A stretch of 64,000 nucleotides of DNA, taken from the NCBI RefSeq assembly GCF_963921235.1, contig NC_086097.1, positions 72,046,001 through 72,110,000 of the forward strand, in the 5' to 3' direction. The stretch is from Mobula hypostoma (taxonomy: Eukaryota). The position numbers were made by a program, and so were the translations under genes. The notes beneath the pieces were generated by a model. That model saw only the letters and a list, made by a program, of their open reading frames with translations. It searched no databases and had not been told where the DNA came from. Position 1 is the first letter of the stretch. Each line of letters starts with the position of its first letter. Shown here one piece after another: positions 11,520-24,739 of this stretch.

Positions 11520-14500
11520 AATCACTGCAAGAAGTCACTTGTTGATGATGCACTGCGAGGTTTAAAAAGAGCTCCGGTATTTTTGGCTCTTTTTGGTGGG
11601 CTGAAATCATCACTTTGGATACTGTTATGGGGGGGGGGGGCGACCAACTCAGGGGAGCCACAGTGACCATCTCTTTGCTTCTGTGGCTCAGAAGGGTAGG
11701 GGAGAGAAGAGGAGTGCAGTAGAGATGGGAGATTCCAGAGGAACAGAATGCAGGTTCTGTGGATGTGAAAGAGACACACAGATGGTATCTTGCCTCCAAG
11801 ATGCCAAGGTCAGAGAAGTCTCAGACTGGGTCTAAGGCATTCTAAAGGGGAAGAGTGAACAGCCAGAAGTCATGGTACATATTGATACCAATGGCATAGG
11901 TAGAAAAAAGGAGGAAGTACTGAAGAGAGAATATAGGGAGTTAGGCAGAAAACTGAAAAGGAGGACCTCCACAGGACTAATCTCTGATTTGATGCTTGTA
12001 CCACGTACAAGTGATGGCAAGAATAGGATGAACTGGTAAATGAATTTGTGGCAAAAGAATTGGTGCAAGGGGCAGGGTTTCAGATTTCTGTTCATTGCAA
12101 TCTCTTCTGGGGAAGGTATGACCTGTACAAAAAGGACGAGTTATACCCAAGCCCAAGAGGGATCCAATATTCTTGAGGGAAGGTTTGCAGGAGATGTTGG
12201 GGAGGGTTTAAGCTAATTTGGCAGGGGGGAAGAGAATTGGAGAGGTAGGGGAAAAGATGGGGCAGTTGGTATACAACTAGAGCAGTGTGTAGTGAGACTG
12301 TGAAGAAGGACAGACAGGTGTTAGGGCAAAATTGCAGTCAGCACAATGAGTTAAAGTGTAACACGGAGCCAAAATCAAAAAGGGTGATGAACACAGGACT
12401 GAAGGTGTTATTTTTGAATGCTTGAGGTGTATTGAATAAGGTAGATGAACTTGTAGCACAGTTAGAAATTGGCAGGAATGATGTTGTGGGCATCTCTGAG
12501 TCATGGCTGAGAGAATATCATAGTTGGGAGCTTCACATTCAATGATACACATTGTATTGAAAGGACAAGCAGGTAGGGAGAGGAGGTGGGGTGGCTCTCT
12601 TGCTAAATAATGAAATCAAAGCCTTAGAAGGAGGTGACAAAGAATTGGAAGATATAGAATCCTTGTGGGTAGAGTTATGAAACTGCAACGGTACAAAACC
12701 CTGATAGAAGTTATATACAGGCCCCTGAACAGTAGTCAGGATATCAGATATAAATTTCAACAGGAAATAGAAAAGGCATTTAAAAAGGGCAATGCTGTGA
12801 TAATTATGGGGGATATCAATATGCAGGCAGAATGAAAAAATCAGGTTAGTGCTGGCTCCCAAGAGAAGGAATCTTTAGAAAGCCAACAAGATGGCATTTT
12901 AAAGCAGCTTGTTATAACCCAGATTTGATTAGGGAGCTTTAGGTAAAGAAACCCTTAGGAGTCAGTGATCATAATATGATAGGATTTACCCTGAAATTTG
13001 AGAAGGAGAGCAAAACTTAGATGTATCAGTATTACAGTGGAGTAAAGAGAATTATGGAAGCATAAGAGAAAAACTGGCCAATGTTGATTGGAAGGAAACA
13101 CTCGCAGGGATGATGGCAGAACAGTAATGGCTTGTATTTCTGAGGGAAATTCAAAAGGTACAGGAAAGATACATCCCAAAGATGAAGAAGTATTTTAAAG
13201 GGAGGATGAAGCAACTATGGCTGTCAAGTAAACTCAAAGACAGCATTAAAGCAGAAGAGGGGGTATTAGTATTGCAAAAATTAGTGTGAATGTAACGGAT
13301 TGGGAAGTTATTAAAAAATCAACAGAAGGCAACAAAAAAGCCATAAAGAGAGAAAAGATGAAATATGAAGGTAAACAGACTGCTGGAAAATGATGCTGGA
13401 GAGGTAGTAATTGAGGACAAAGAAATGGCAGGCAAATTTAATAAGTATTTTGTGTCCGTCTTCACTGTGGAAAACTCTAGCAGAATGCTAGAAATGTGAG
13501 GGTGTCAGGGAGCAGACTACCAGAAATGTGGGAGTATCAGGGGCAGAAGTGAGTGTTGCTGCTATTACTCAGGAGAAAGTGCATGGGAAGCTGAAAAGTC
13601 TAAAGGTAGATAGGTCAACTGGACCAGATGGACTACACCCCAGCATTCTGAAAGAAATAGTTGAAGAGATTTAAGAGGCATTAGTAAACATCTTTCAAGA
13701 ATCACTAGATTCTGGAATTCTTCCAGAGGGCTAGACATTGAAAATGTCACTCCATTCTTTGAGAAGCAAGGGAGACTGAAGAAAGGAAATGCTAGGCCAG
13801 TTAGCTTGACTTCAATGTTTGGAAAGATGTTGAGGTCTATTATTAAGGTGAGGTTTTGGGATAATTTGAGGCATATGATAAAGAAGGCCAAAGTCATTTG
13901 GGTTTCTAAAGGAGAAACCTTGCCTGAAAAAACTGTTGCAATTCTTTGAGGAAATAAAAGGCAGGATAGACAAATGAGAGCCAATAGATGTTGTTTATTT
14001 GGATTTTCAGAAGGTATTTGACAAGGTGCCACACTTTAGGCAACTCATCAACATAAGAGCTCAAGGTATTGCAGGGTAAGTCTTAGAATGGACAAAAGAT
14101 TGGCTGACCTGCTGGAGGCTAACAGTGGGAATAAAGGAGGCTTTTTCTAGTTGGCTGCCAGTGACTAGTGGCGTTCTACAAGGTTCAGTGTTGGAACTAC
14201 TTCTTTTCCTATTATATGTCAATAATTTGGATGAAGGAATTGATGGCTTTGTGGCCATATTTGCTGACTATATGAAGATAGGTGCATGGGCAGGTAGTGT
14301 TGAGGAAGCAGGGTGTCTGCAGATGGATTTTTGGGGGAATGGGCAAAGAAGTAGCAGATAGAATATAGAGTTACCAACTGCATGATCAGGCACTTTGGCA
14401 GAAGGAATAAAGGGATTAAACTATTTCTAAATGTGGAGAAAATTCAATATTTAGGGATGTAGAGGGTCTGGGTGTCCCTAAAGGTTAATGTCCAGGTTGA

Positions 14501-15020
14501 GTCAGTGGTAAGAAAGGCAAATGCAATGGTAGCATTAATTTCGAGAGGACTAGAATACAAGATCAAATCCAAATGAGATTCCCAAGCATGAAACCAGGAC
14601 TGAAAGGATTAACCTGTGAGGAACGTACGATGTCCGTGAGTTTATACATGCTGGTGTTCAGAAGAATGATGGGTATCTCATTGAAACCTATCAAATATTG
14701 AAGGCCAGGATAGATGGGATGTGAAGGAGATGTTTCCTATAGTGGGAGAGTCTTGGACCAGATGGCACACTCATAATTAAGGGACTTCCAGCTATAACAG
14801 AGATGAGATAATATTTCTTTAGCTACGGTAGCCGCGCAAGCCAAGTCAATGGCTGTTTTTAAACTGGATGTTGATAGATTCTTGATTAATCAGTTTCTAA
14901 AATGTTACTAGAGGGCAGAAGAATGGGATTGAGAGGGATAATAAATCAGCCATAATGGAATAGTGGAGCAGGCTTGATCAGCCAAATGGCCTAATTATGC
15001 TCTTATGACTTACGGCCTTA
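11520..15020 (+). mobile_element. CR1-type LINE (ORF1 esterase, ORF2 APE-RT), degenerate
   Basis: Esterase-like EVMVHIDTNGIG near 11870, APE start near 12400, and RT motifs VTSGVLQGSVL and FADYMKIG. 3' tail at about 15000-15020. Confidence 0.9.
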
Positions 15021-15196
15021 AGTTGATCTCTAATTCATTTGGTTTGGCACAATATTGTTGACCAAAGGGCCTGTTGTTGTTCAAGCTATACATCAGAATG
15101 AGGAAGAAATGTGATCTAAGTGATGTTGACAGTGGAATGATTGTTAGTGCCAGACAGGGTGGTCTGAGTATTTCAGAAACTGCTGAATCCCAAAAA

Positions 15197-16665
15197 CATG
15201 GAACATAGAACTGTACAGCACAACACGGGCCCTTTGGCCAACAATGTTGTGCTGAACCAAATGAATTAGAAATCGAGTCACTAACCAAACTAATCACTTA
15301 TGCCTACACAATGACCATATCCCTCCATTTTCCTTATATCTATGTGCCAATTTAAATGTCTCTTAACTATCCAAATATATCTGCCTCTACCACCATCCCA
15401 GGTAGTGCATTCCAGGCATCCACCATTCTCCTGTAAAAACATACCTCTCACATCTCTAAAATTACCTCTTCTCTCCTCAAAGGCATGCCTTCTGGTATTA
15501 GATATTTCAACCCTGGGGAAAACATCCTGTCTCTCTACTCTATCTACGCCTCTCATCATCTTATAAATTTCTATCAGATCTACTTTCATCCTTCCCTGCT
15601 CCAGAGAAAACAACACAAGTTTGTCCAATCTCTCATTATAGCATGTGCCTTCTCATCCAGGCAGTATCCTGGTTAGTATTTTCTGCACCCTCTTCAAAGC
15701 CTTGACATTGTTCCAATAATGGGGAGACCAGAACTGTATGCATTACTCCAGATGCAGCCTAACTAAAGCCTTATAAAACTGCAACATAACTAACTGATTT
15801 TTTAAATCAATGCCTCAACTAATAAAGGCAAGCATGCCATATGCCTTCTTAACCACCCTGGAAACCAGTTTAGCCACATTCAGGGAGCTATGATCCTGGA
15901 CCTCAAGATCCCTCTGCTCACCAGCACTGTTAAGAGTGTTGCCCTTGACAGTGTACTGTCTCTTTATCTTTGAACTACTAAAATTCAACAGTTTACATTT
16001 AGCTGGTTTTAACTGTATCTGCTATTTCTCTGCCCATATCTACAACTGACTGATATCCTGTTGTATTCTTTACCAGTCTTCTATGCAATCCACAACACCA
16101 CCAATCTTTCTCTCATCTGAAAGCTTATTACCCCCCACCCTCATGTACATCTTCATCCAGGTCATGTATATACATCACAAAAAGCAAAGTTCCCAGTACA
16201 GATCCCTGTGGAATACTGCTAATCACGGACCTCCAGCTAGAATAAGTACCTTCAACTACCACAATGTATCTGCAATGGCCAAGACAGTTCTGAATCCAAA
16301 TGGGCAAATCACCATTAATCCCATGCATCTCAATCTTCTGGATGAGCCTTCCATGAGGGACCTTGTCAAGCACCTTACTTAAATTCATGTCAACTGTATC
16401 CACAGCTCTTTCTATTTCAATCACCCTCGTTACCTCATCAAATAACTCAATCAAGTTCGTAAGACATGACTTGCCCTGCACAAAGCCATAATGGCTCTCC
16501 TAGTTAGGCCATGGATCCTCATAAATCCAAATGCTCATAAATCCTAAATGCTCATAAATCCTATTTGTAAGAATTCTCTCAATTAGCTTGCTTACTGCTG
16601 ACCGGTCTACGGTTTTCAGGATAATCTCTGGTTCCCATCTTGAACAACGGAACAACGTTAGCTAC
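15197..16665 (-). mobile_element. CR1-type LINE 3' part (RT and 3'UTR)
   Basis: GKSCLTNLIELFDEVT and SSIPQGSVLG (16128-16481). 3'UTR at 15197-15300. Appears to continue at 18755-19090. Confidence 0.9.
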
Positions 16666-18755
16666 TTTATGATAGAAACTCAAGCATAACTCACGTGTAC
16701 CTGTATCACACTAGAAAAAAGGGAATTACAGGGCATAAGAGAGGAGCTTGCCTACGTGGATTGGAGGAAAGTACTGGTGGGGATGCCAGCAGAGCAGAGA
16801 TGGCTGAAGTTCCTGGGAATAGTTCACAAGGCACAGGATAGATATGTCCCACAGAGAAAGAAGTTTTCAAATGGCAGGGGTAGGCAACCATGGCTGAAAA
16901 AGGAAGTTAACAACTGCATAAAAGCCAAGGAAAGGGCATATATAGCAAAAGTGAGTGGGAAGTTGGATGATTGAGAAGCTTTTAAAATCCAATAAATGGC
17001 AACTAAAAAAGCTATAAGAAGGGAAAAGATGAAAAATGAGGACACACTAGCCTATAATATAAAGTAGGATACTAAAAGTTCTCTTCAGTTATATAGCGAG
17101 TAAAAGTGAGGTAAGAGTTGATATTGGACCACAGGTAAATGATGCTGGTGAGGTATAGTGGAGGGCAAAGAAATGGCAGATGAACTTAATGGGTACTTTG
17201 CATCAGTTTTCACAGTGGAAGACGCTAGCAGAGTGCTGGTGATCCATGAATGTTATTGCTATTCCAAAGGAAAAAGGGCTGGGCAAACTCAAAGGTCTTA
17301 AGGTGGTTAAGTCACCTGGACAAGATGGACTACATCCCAGAGTCCTGAGAGAGGTTGCTGACGAGATAACATTGTTCATGAGCTGGAAGATTGCAAATGT
17401 CACTCTACTCTTTAAAAAGGGAGGAAGGCAGAAGAAAGGAAATTATAGGCCAGTTAGCCTAAACTCAGTGGCTGGGAAAGTGTTGGAGCCTATTATTAAA
17501 GATGAGGTTTCGGGGTACTTGGAGACTAATGATAAAATAAGTTAAAGTCAGCATGGTTTCTGTAAAAGGAAATCTTGCCTGACAAATCTGTTCGAGTTCT
17601 TCGAGGAAGTAACAAGCAGGGTGGACAAAGGAGAGGCAGTGGATATCATTTACTTAGATTTTCAGAAGGCGTTTGATAAGGTGCAACACATGAGGCTGCT
17701 TAACAGGAAAAAATCCTATGACATTACAGGAAAGATACTGGCATAGATATCAAAATGGCTGATAGGCAGGAGGCAGTGTGTGGGAATAAAAGTAGTCTTT
17801 TATCAGTATTGGGACTGCTACTTTTACATTGCTTGTCAATTATTTAGATAACAGAATTGATGGCTTTGTGACAAAGTCTGCGGATGATACATAGACAGGA
17901 AGAGTGGTAGGTAGTGCTGAGGAAGCAACACGATTGCAGTAGGAATTAGACAAATTGGTAGAATGGGCAAAAAAGTGGCAGATGGATTACAGTGTTGGGA
18001 AATGTATGAAAATGCATTTTAGTAAAAGGAACAATAGTGAGCACTATTCTCTAAATGGGGAGAAGGTTCAAACATCAGAGGTGCAGAGGGACTGAGGAGT
18101 CCTTGTGCAAGACTCCCAGAAGGTTAATTTACAGGTTGAATGTTGAGTGTGTTGTAAAACAGGCAAATGAAATATTGGCAGTTATTTTAAGGGGAATAAA
18201 ATATAAAGGCGAGGGATAATGTTGAGCCTTTATAAGACACTAGTCAGGCCACACTTAGAGTATTGTCAACAGTTTTGGGCCCCATACCTCAGAAAGGATA
18301 TGTTGTCATTGGAGAGAATCCAGAGAAGGACCACAAGGATGATTCTGGGAATGATGGGTTAACATACAAGGAATGTTTGGCAACTTTGGGTCTGTACTCA
18401 TTGGAATTTAGAGTAACCTGAGAGGATCTCAGTGCAACTTACCAACTGTTGAAAGGACCAGATAGAGTGGATGGGAGAGGAAGTTTCCTCTGGTGAGGGT
18501 ATCCAGAACAAGGAGGCACAGCCTCAAAATTGAGGTGTGACTCTTTAGAATAGAGGTAAGGAGGATTTTTTTTTGCCAGAGAGTAGTAGATCTGTGGAAT
18601 GCTCTGCCACAGACAGCAGTGGAGACCAAGTACATGGGCATATTTAAGGTGGAAACTTATCATTTCCTGATTGGTCAGGGCATCGAAGGATATGGCGGGA
18701 AGGCAGGTTTATGGGGTTGTGTGAGATCTTAGTTCACCCATGATGGAATGGTGGA
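16666..18755 (+). mobile_element. CR1-type LINE (ORF2 fragment) nested in the minus-strand CR1
   Basis: KSPGQDGLHPRVL and GNYRPVSL (17246-17545), with the RT and 3' end at about 18750. Confidence 0.9.
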
Positions 18756-19099
18756 GCCTCTCTCAGAAACATGGGGTACATTCCATCAGGGGAATTATCC
18801 AGCTTCATGGTCTTTAAGAGACCAAACTTTACCTCCTCATTTATTTTCGAAAATCCCTGGGATACTAATACTTTTGGCACTGATCGCCGTATCCTCCACA
18901 TTCTTCTCCTGGTAAAAACTGATGTGAAGTTCTCATTAAGGACCTCACTCACATCCTTCGCATCCAAACATATGTTCCCCCCTCCTTCAATAGTCCCACC
19001 CTCTCCTAGTTATCCTTTTGCTCTTGATGTATGTATAGAATGCTTTGGAATTCTCATTAATCCCACTTGCCAAAGACTTTTCAGTTTCTTTCGTTCAAC

Positions 19100-20235
19100 A
19101 TAATGTAGTGCCTTTAATGCCATGACCAATCAAGAACCTATCCATCTCTGCTTTAAATACACCCAACGACGTGGCCTCCACAGCTGCATGTGGCAACAAA
19201 TTCCACAAATTCACCGCCCTTTGATTAAAGACATTTCTCCGCATCTCTGTTTTGAAAAGGCACCCCTCTATCCTGAGGCTGTGCCCTCTTGTCCTAGACC
19301 CTCCCACCATGGAAAACATCCTTTCCACATCTAATCGTTCCAGGCCTTTCAACATTTAAATGGTTTCAATGACATCCCCCCTCATCCTTCTGAATTCCAG
19401 CGACTACAGACCCAGAGCCATCAAACATTCCTCGTATGATAACCCTTTCATTCCTGGAATCATCCTTGTGAACCTCCTCTGGATCCTCTCCAATGCCAGC
19501 ACATCTTTTCTAAGATGAGGGGCCCAAAACTGTTCACAATACTCAAGATGAGGCCTCACCAGTGTCTTATAAAGCCTCAGCATCACATCCTTGCTTTTGT
19601 ATTCTAGACCTCTTGAAATTAATCCTAACATGGCGTTTGCCTTCCTCACCACTGACTCAACCTGCAATTTAACCTTTAGGGTGTTCTGCACAAGGACTCC
19701 AAAGTCCCTTTGAATCTCAGATTTTTGGATTTTCTCCCCGTTTAGAAAATAGCCTGCATATTTATTTCTACTACCAAAGTGCATGACCATGCATTTTCCA
19801 ACATTGTATTTTATTTGCCACTTTCTTACCCTTTCTCCTAATCTGTCTAAATCCTTCTGCATCCTACCTGTTTCCTCAACACTACCTGCCCTTCCACCAC
19901 TCTTTGTACCTTCTGCAAACTTGGCAACAAAGCCATCTATTCCATCATCTAAATCGATAGACAGCATAAAAAGAAGTGGTTCCAACACTGACCCCTAGTC
20001 ACTGGCAGCCAACCAGAAAAGCATCCTTTTATTCTGACTCATTGTCTCCTACCAATCAGTAAATGCTCTAACCATGTTAATAACTTTCCTGTAATACCAT
20101 GGGCTCTTAACTTGGTACGCAGCCTCATGTGTGGCACCTTGTCAAAGGCCTTCTGAAAATCCAAATATACAACATCCACTATATCCCCTTTATCTATCCT
20201 ACTTGTAATCTCCTTAAAGAATTCCAACAGGATCA
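19100..20235 (-). mobile_element. CR1-type LINE RT C-terminal fragment (relatively young)
   Basis: 194-aa ORF 19404-19988 with LYKTLVRPHLEYCEQFWAP, plus YLDFQKAFDKVPH (20039-20239). Confidence 0.92.
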
Positions 20236-22030
20236 TCATTTTTCTCCTTCATTAATCCAACACCTGCTTCAACATCCAAGGTTCTATTACCATGCCATCC
20301 TTGCCCTTCCTTCTGACTGATGTATACCAGTCTTGTACTCTGTGCAGTTAATCTTTAAACACCCTTCACATGTCAGCTGTGGACTTCCCCAAAAACAGCT
20401 GTTCTCAGTTAACTCTCCCTAATTCCTGCCTAATTCTCTCATAATTTTCCTTGTTCCAGGTTAATACTCTTCCACTAGCTCCATGCTTATCCTTATCTGT
20501 AGCTACCTTCAATTTTAAGGAGTTGTGTTCACTGTTTCCTCACTACTCACCCACTGAAATGTCAGTTGCCTGGCCAGGCTCATTACCAGCACCAGATCCA
20601 GTACCGTGCCTCCTCTTGTTTGATATCTATGTATTGATTTAAGAAACCCTTCTGAATTCTGCCCCATCTAAACCAATTGCACTAAGAAGATCCCAGTTTA
20701 TATTAGGGTAGTTCAAGACCGCGCCCCCCCCCATGGCAACAACGCTATTATTTTTACACCTTTCCTTAATTTGCCTGCAAATCTGTTTTTCAATATCCCA
20801 GTGGCTACTAGGGATCTGTAGTATAATCCCATTACAATGATTGCACCCTTCCTCTTTCTGAGTTCCACTCATATAGACTCAGTGGACAAGTGCTCCATTA
20901 TGTCCCCTCTGAGGACAGTTGTGATATTGTCCCTGTTTTATAGTGCAACTCCACACCCACCCCCTCTTTTACCTCCCTCTCTACGTCACAACATTAAAGC
21001 TCCATGTATTGATCCATGCTCTAAGTTCTTCACCTTTACCCATCATCCTCCAAGCATTAAACTACACACACTTCAAGCTATTCAATCTATCATATCTATT
21101 ACTTCACTCCTGCATATGTTTATTGGCCCTGACATCTACCTTCCTCTGCATGTCTCTACTCTCTGACCTGGTGCTTTGGATCCCATCCCTCTGCCAAACT
21201 AGTTTAAACCATCTTGAGCAGCACTAGTGAACCTCACAGTCAATGTTCCTCCTCCAGTTTCGGTGCAAGCCTCCTGTACAGGTCATCCCTGCCTCAGAGG
21301 ATGTTCCAATGATCCAGAAACCTGAAAACCAGCCCCTTGCGCCAGTTCCTCAGTTACTCATTCATCTCTACTACCATCCTATTCCTGCCCATGGTACCAG
21401 GAAAAATCCAGAGATCACTGCACTTCAGTCTCTTACCTAACTCCCTTTATGTTCTGCACAGGACTTCTTCTCCTTTTCTACCTATGTCATTAGTGTCAAT
21501 ATGCACCATGACCTGTGACTGCTCACCCTCCCCCTTCAGAATATCCTGAAGCTGCTCCGAGACAACCTGGACACTAACACATGGGCGGCAACATGCCATT
21601 CTGGTGTCTTTTTCTCAGCCACAGAATCTGTCCGCCCCTCTAATTGTTGAGTCCTGAGTACTTCCAGCTCTAGCTCCAGTTTCTTGAATGTGTCAGCCAG
21701 GAGCTGAAGTTGGGTACACTTGCTGCAGACCTAGTCATCAGGGAGACTGTAAGGCAGCCAGAAATCCCACGTCTCACAGGAAGAGTATTTCACCACATTA
21801 AACATCCTGCCTACACTTGAACTAAGAACTAAAGATTTACAGACAATAAAAAGGCTTATCTGTTCTTTCCTGTGCCTCCTCTCTGAAACCTTTGAGTTTC
21901 AAACTCACGTAGGTCACTTACTCAGCCTCTTTCATCGAGCTTGTTATATCTTTGATTCCAACTTCTCAAGCCCAAGTTCCACAATCAAAACACCCACCAT
22001 GGCCGCTCTGCTTACACCTCGCTTCTTTTT
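20236..22030 (-). mobile_element. CR1-type LINE 5' part (5'UTR, ORF1 esterase, APE)
   Basis: APE-like LNYPNINW (20639-20872), esterase-like VMVHIDTNDIG near 21480-21515, and a zinc-finger remnant near 21730. Confidence 0.8.
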
Positions 22031-22159
22031 ATTGACTCAAATAACACTCACTCGCAATAAAACTTGTTCTTTTCAAATGGCTTTCATCCTGCAAAGATGC
22101 CACTCTCTCACATGCTAATTCAAAGAATATCCTGGGATTTTCATGCACAACAGTCTCTA

Positions 22160-23064
22160 GGATTTCCAGTGGAATCAAGAAGCAGCTCGGAAACTCAAGA
22201 TCTTCTGATGTGGGAAGAAGCTTTAACACCATCCGACTCCAATTTATCTGGGCGTGACACTGGATAGGACGCTCTTATTTGCCACCCACATCCAAAACCT
22301 CTGAGGGCAAGTTGGTTCTTTCAATTCTCTCTTGAAAAAATTAGCAGGCACAAAATGGGGAGCTAATGCTCACACACTTAGATCAATTGCTCTAGCACTC
22401 TGCTATGCACCTGCAGAACACTGTGCACCTGTGTGGGGCAGATCAGCCCATGCGAAGAAAATAGACCCGTTGCTTAACGAAGCCTGCCGACTAATCACGG
22501 GCACACTGCGCCTCACACCCACTAACATCATTTACAGACTTGCAGGCATTGCTCCCCCAGAAATCCAAAGACACACTACAACAAAAATTGAAAAAGGTAA
22601 GCAGAACACAGATCCATGGCAGCCACTGCATCACCATGTGCCAGTTTCCAACCGCCTAAAATCGAGGAAAAACTTTGCTACAATGGAGGAACTACCGCAT
22701 GGAACATCCCCCCAAACATACAGGATTGACCTCTGGCAACAAACAGAAGCTAGAAACCCACCAAACAATACAGTGCAAGACCCCACAGAAATGTTACCAG
22801 ACGGGGCACTGCTTGACAGACGGAAGTGGTGCACTGTCAACAGAGCGAGAGCGGGAGTTTGTAGGATGGGAGACAATATGGTGAAGTGGGGTTTAGAGAC
22901 CAGAAAATCCTGTGAGTGTGGTGAAAGGGTGCAGAACATTGAACACATTCTGCGCAACTTCCCACTCCCACCTGATTTAGCTGACACTGACCTGCTCAAT
23001 ATCAACCAAACAACACTAGAGTGGCTGGCTGTCTGGTGTGACAAGCTATGATGATGATATGATG
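22160..23064 (+). mobile_element. Vingi/Ingi-like non-LTR retrotransposon 3' fragment
   Basis: YLGVTLDRTL upstream of the 239-aa ORF 22332-23051, which has LAGTKWGA, ALALCYAPAEHCAPVW, IAPPEI and a CECG...HI zinc finger. (TGA)n tail follows the stop codon. Confidence 0.8.
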
Positions 23065-23194
23065 AGTGTGGAAAAAAGCAAAAAAAAACATCCAGTGAGC
23101 AGCAGTTCTGTGGGTGAAATGGTGTGTCTATGAGGGAGGTCAGTGGAGAATGGCCAGGCTGTTTCAAGCTGACAGGAAGGCGACCATAACTGAA

Positions 23195-23478
23195 CGCCAT
23201 GGTAGCATAGCAGCTAGAGCAACAGTATTACAGTCTGGGGTGTTCTGGAGTTGGGAGTTCAACTCTGACGCCATTCTGTAAGGAGCCTCTGTGTGTCCCC
23301 ATGGAACGCATGGGTTTTCCACAGGTGCTCCAGTTTCCTCCCACAGTCCGAAGCTGAACTGGGTAGGCTAGTTGGTCATTGTAACATCCCATGATTAGGT
23401 TAGGGTTAGTTGGGGTTGTGGGGTTGCTGGGGCAGTGTGGCTCACACTGTATCACTAAGTAAATAAAATAAAATAAAT
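23195..23478 (+). mobile_element. tRNA-derived SINE with A-rich tail
   Basis: GGTGCTCCAGTTTCCTCCCACAGTCC core and (TAAAA)n tail. TSD TAACTGAA (23187-23194) / TAACTCAA (23479-23486). Confidence 0.85.
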
Positions 23479-23799
23479 TAACTCAAATAACCAGCTCTTA
23501 CAACAGTGGTGTGCTGAAAAACATCTCTAAATGCAGAACACATAGAACCTTGAAGTGGATCAACTACAGTAGCAGAAGACCACAAGCATGCACTTAGTGG
23601 CCACTTTATTAGGTACAGGAGGTACTAATAGCGTGCCCGGTGTATGTTGGAGCCATCCCCAGCAGATGATAATTTCCGTGGAAGAAAGGTTTCAAGAGAC
23701 AGATGCAGAAAATTCACGGGGCAGCAAGATACAGAGTGCAAAGAGATGTATCTTGTATTGATGCATAATTATGGGTAGTTTGACATCTCTGTTCTTGTT

Positions 23800-24093
23800 C
23801 AGATGATGGCACTCACATTCCCGAGTTGCAAGACTTTGCGTTCAAAATGAACATTCAGATCCTGTGGCATTACTTAAACTGGAGTCTAGGTATCCTCCCC
23901 AGTGTTGTGGCCTATATTCGTTTTGCTACCAACACCTAAAATTGATCATTTAGGTCACTGAATCCTTTACTCTGCACTGTGGCTGTCCCACTTATTGCAT
24001 TACAATCATGGCTTTACTTCAAAAAGGCTTCATTAGCTTTCAAGTTCTTTAGAATTGCAAACAGTCAGGAAATGCACCTTATAAATGCAAGTG
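23800..24093 (+). mobile_element. Ancient Deu-domain SINE (SacSINE1/AmnSINE-like), degenerate
   Basis: GATCCTGTGGCATTA, CATTACAA...CTTCAAAAAGG...TTCATTAGC and terminal TATAAATGCAAGT resemble the DeuSINE consensus as I recall it. Confidence 0.6.
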
Positions 24094-24739
24094 CATTCAA
24101 CTGAATTCAAAATTCATTGTTCATTGGAGTTCCTTACTAATAATCTGCTTATGTAAGCAGGCACTTAATCATGTCAATACATATTACTGTGATCTGAAAA
24201 AAATTGACAGCTTTGATCAAAGGAATTGTGATGAACACTTCTAGGAAGTATTCCCAATGCCAAGCTTGTGCTTCGCTACTCTTCCAGCCCAGGATTCACC
24301 TGTCTAATCGATACTTGTACTTTCATCTCATTCCTTTTGCCCCCATTTTATCAATTTCATCTCTTTTTAGTCATAGTTTGGGTCTGCACATCTTGTCTGT
24401 CCATCTCCTTAAGCAATAACTATACTTTTTTCAATTCCCCTTCCCAGTCAACACATTTAAAACTGAAAGGCTTTTTTTCCACATCATTCTTTCTGTTAAA
24501 CTTCCCATTTGCTTGCAGTGTATAACTTGATGTGCTGCTGGTACAACTCATAATGTTTCTGTACAAAGACATCGCCAGTAAGTTACTCTCTTCATTTTCA
24601 CTTTTAAAAAAATTTCTAAACAGTCATATAAAAAATGAGAGCACAGTTAGCAAAATAAACTCCCTTCTTGCATGTTGGACTTCAGAAATTTCTCCATTGT
24701 ATCTAGCTTTTCATTATTTCCAAGGTGCTGCGTGTAGGA

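Larger units (their letters stand above)
11398..23642 (+). mobile_element. Tc1-derived non-autonomous DNA transposon in five pieces (11398-11518, 15070-15190, 22130-22160, 23065-23194, 23479-23642)
   Basis: TA|CACCCAGTGCCACTTTATTAGGTAC left TIR and degenerate GGTACTAATAGCGTGCCCGGTG|TA right TIR. The pieces translate collinearly as a Tc1 transposase N-terminus: MRKKCDLSDVDSGMIVSARQGGLSISETA / LGFSCTTVSR / KTSSEQQFCG...RMARLFQADRKAT. Confidence 0.85.

Noticed and set aside
16518..16563. 16-17-bp triple repeat, and similar short duplications at 13490-13545 and 42557-42621
   Set aside because: Local slippage duplications inside decayed TEs, with no sign of function.
22631..23200. 189-aa minus-strand ORF
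   Set aside because: Antisense shadow spanning the Vingi and Tc1 pieces, with no coherent protein.
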